Below, piece by piece: positions 31,237 to 32,000 of a stretch of 32,000 nt of DNA. Origin of the DNA: Nitrosopumilus sp. (GTDB lineage: Archaea > Thermoproteota > Nitrososphaeria > Nitrososphaerales > Nitrosopumilaceae). The notes beneath the pieces are model-generated. The model saw only the letters and a list, made by a program, of their open reading frames with translations, was not told where the DNA came from and did no database searches. Where the stretch lies: assembly GCA_965238065.1 (NCBI GenBank), contig OZ250170.1:1118422-1150421 (forward strand). Reading direction: 5' to 3'. Within the stretch, counting starts at the first letter, position 1. Each line of letters begins with the position of its first letter. The translations under genes and the position numbers were made by a program.

Positions 31237-32000
31237 GCTTTGGATTAACTATAACATCAAGTGCATTTCCAATAAAGACAAATGCGAGACCGGTTATGGC
31301 AATCATTATTCCCGGCGGCATTATCCACCACCATAATCCTCTTGGTGCCGCACCAAACGTATTTGCATCGTGTAAAATCTGTCCCCATGTCGGAAATGAA
31401 GGATCACCTAGTCCAAGAAAACTCAGACCAGCCTCAGTGGTAATAGCTGCTGGAACAGATATTGCAATGCTTGCAAATGCATAAGGCAGTAATTGTGGCA
31501 AGATGTGCTTGAGAATTATTTTGGAATCTTTTTGACCCATCATGTTTGCAGCATCCACAAACCCCCGGGTCTTTATCTGAAGCGACATGCTTCTTGATAC
31601 TTTTGCAATTCCTACCCAACCGAACATCATCAAAAACCCCACCATTAGAAATATACTGTTGCTGATTGTCACTGAGAGAATGATGAGAAACGGAAGTACG
31701 GGCAATGCATAGATTACGTCATTGAATCGCATCATCGTCTCATCAGTCTTTTTGCCCCTAAATCCAGCATAGATACCATAAAACAATCCCATTGTCACGG
31801 ATGCAATTGCAACAACAATGCCAATGAACAGTGCGAGTGGGGTTCCCCACAATAATCCTATTGCCAAGTCGCGTCTCAGCTCATCGGTTCCCATTATCCC
31901 AAACGCTTTGCCGCCAATGATTAGTTTTGATTCTGGGATTTTGACTAAAGAATCTACTGAATACAAATCCACTAAAAAGACGTAATTTCCCTTTAGAGGC
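31226..32000 (-). CDS. ABC transporter permease, peptide/nickel (DppC/OppC-like); N-terminus beyond window end
   Basis: Contains LSFLGLGDPSFPTWGQIL (EAA-loop region) and multiple TM segments. The frame stays open upstream of the listed GTG (31972) to position 32000. Confidence 0.85.
   Translation of the reverse strand, partial: PLKGNYVFLVDLYSVDSLVKIPESKLIIGGKAFGIMGTDELRRDLAIGLLWGTPLALFIGIVVAIASVTMGLFYGIYAGFRGKKTDETMMRFNDVIYALPVLPFLIILSVTISNSIFLMVGFLMMFGWVGIAKVSRSMSLQIKTRGFVDAANMMGQKDSKIILKHILPQLLPYAFASIAISVPAAITTEAGLSFLGLGDPSFPTWGQILHDANTFGAAPRGLWWWIMPPGIMIAITGLAFVFIGNALDVIVNPKLKR

Overview
AT-rich archaeal chromosomal segment. The gene content points to a Nitrosopumilales-like thaumarchaeon, an inference from gene content only. 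Core genes present: aIF-1A, aIF-5A, TBP, SRP54, Pus10, an eS24/eS31 operon, archaeal-type iPGM (ApgM), a Dph6-like ligase, an intron-containing tRNA-Tyr and a bacterial-type cold-shock protein.

The dominant property is mobile DNA. By my own boundaries about 12.5 kb (~39%) of the window is IS elements, IS wrecks and at least six families of short non-autonomous elements, which I label MITE-A to MITE-F. These are often nested several layers deep, yet nearly all housekeeping CDSs stay intact. Two elements look intact: a single-ORF IS66-family element (20324-21776, perfect 8-bp TSD) and an IS110-family element (11181-12511).

The best lead concerns the IS110-type element. It sits repeatedly at one exact position inside the terminal repeat of the IS66-derived MITE-A, a 'TIR-hunter' habit. 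It has 8 nt between its left end and its GTG start. A TATA-like box lies 13 nt inside its right end. Its 207-nt 3' non-coding tail contains a 9-nt complement of the target flank. This is consistent with, but does not prove, a circle-junction promoter and RNA-guided (bridge/seek-RNA-like) targeting in an archaeon.

Other items:
- an eS31 (S27ae) gene missing from the ORF track
- a candidate C/D-box sRNA
- a subtilase truncated by an insertion cluster
- a very AT-rich orphan membrane-protein islet

I saw no CRISPR array, rRNA or recognisable defence operon. All family assignments come from motif recall, not searches.
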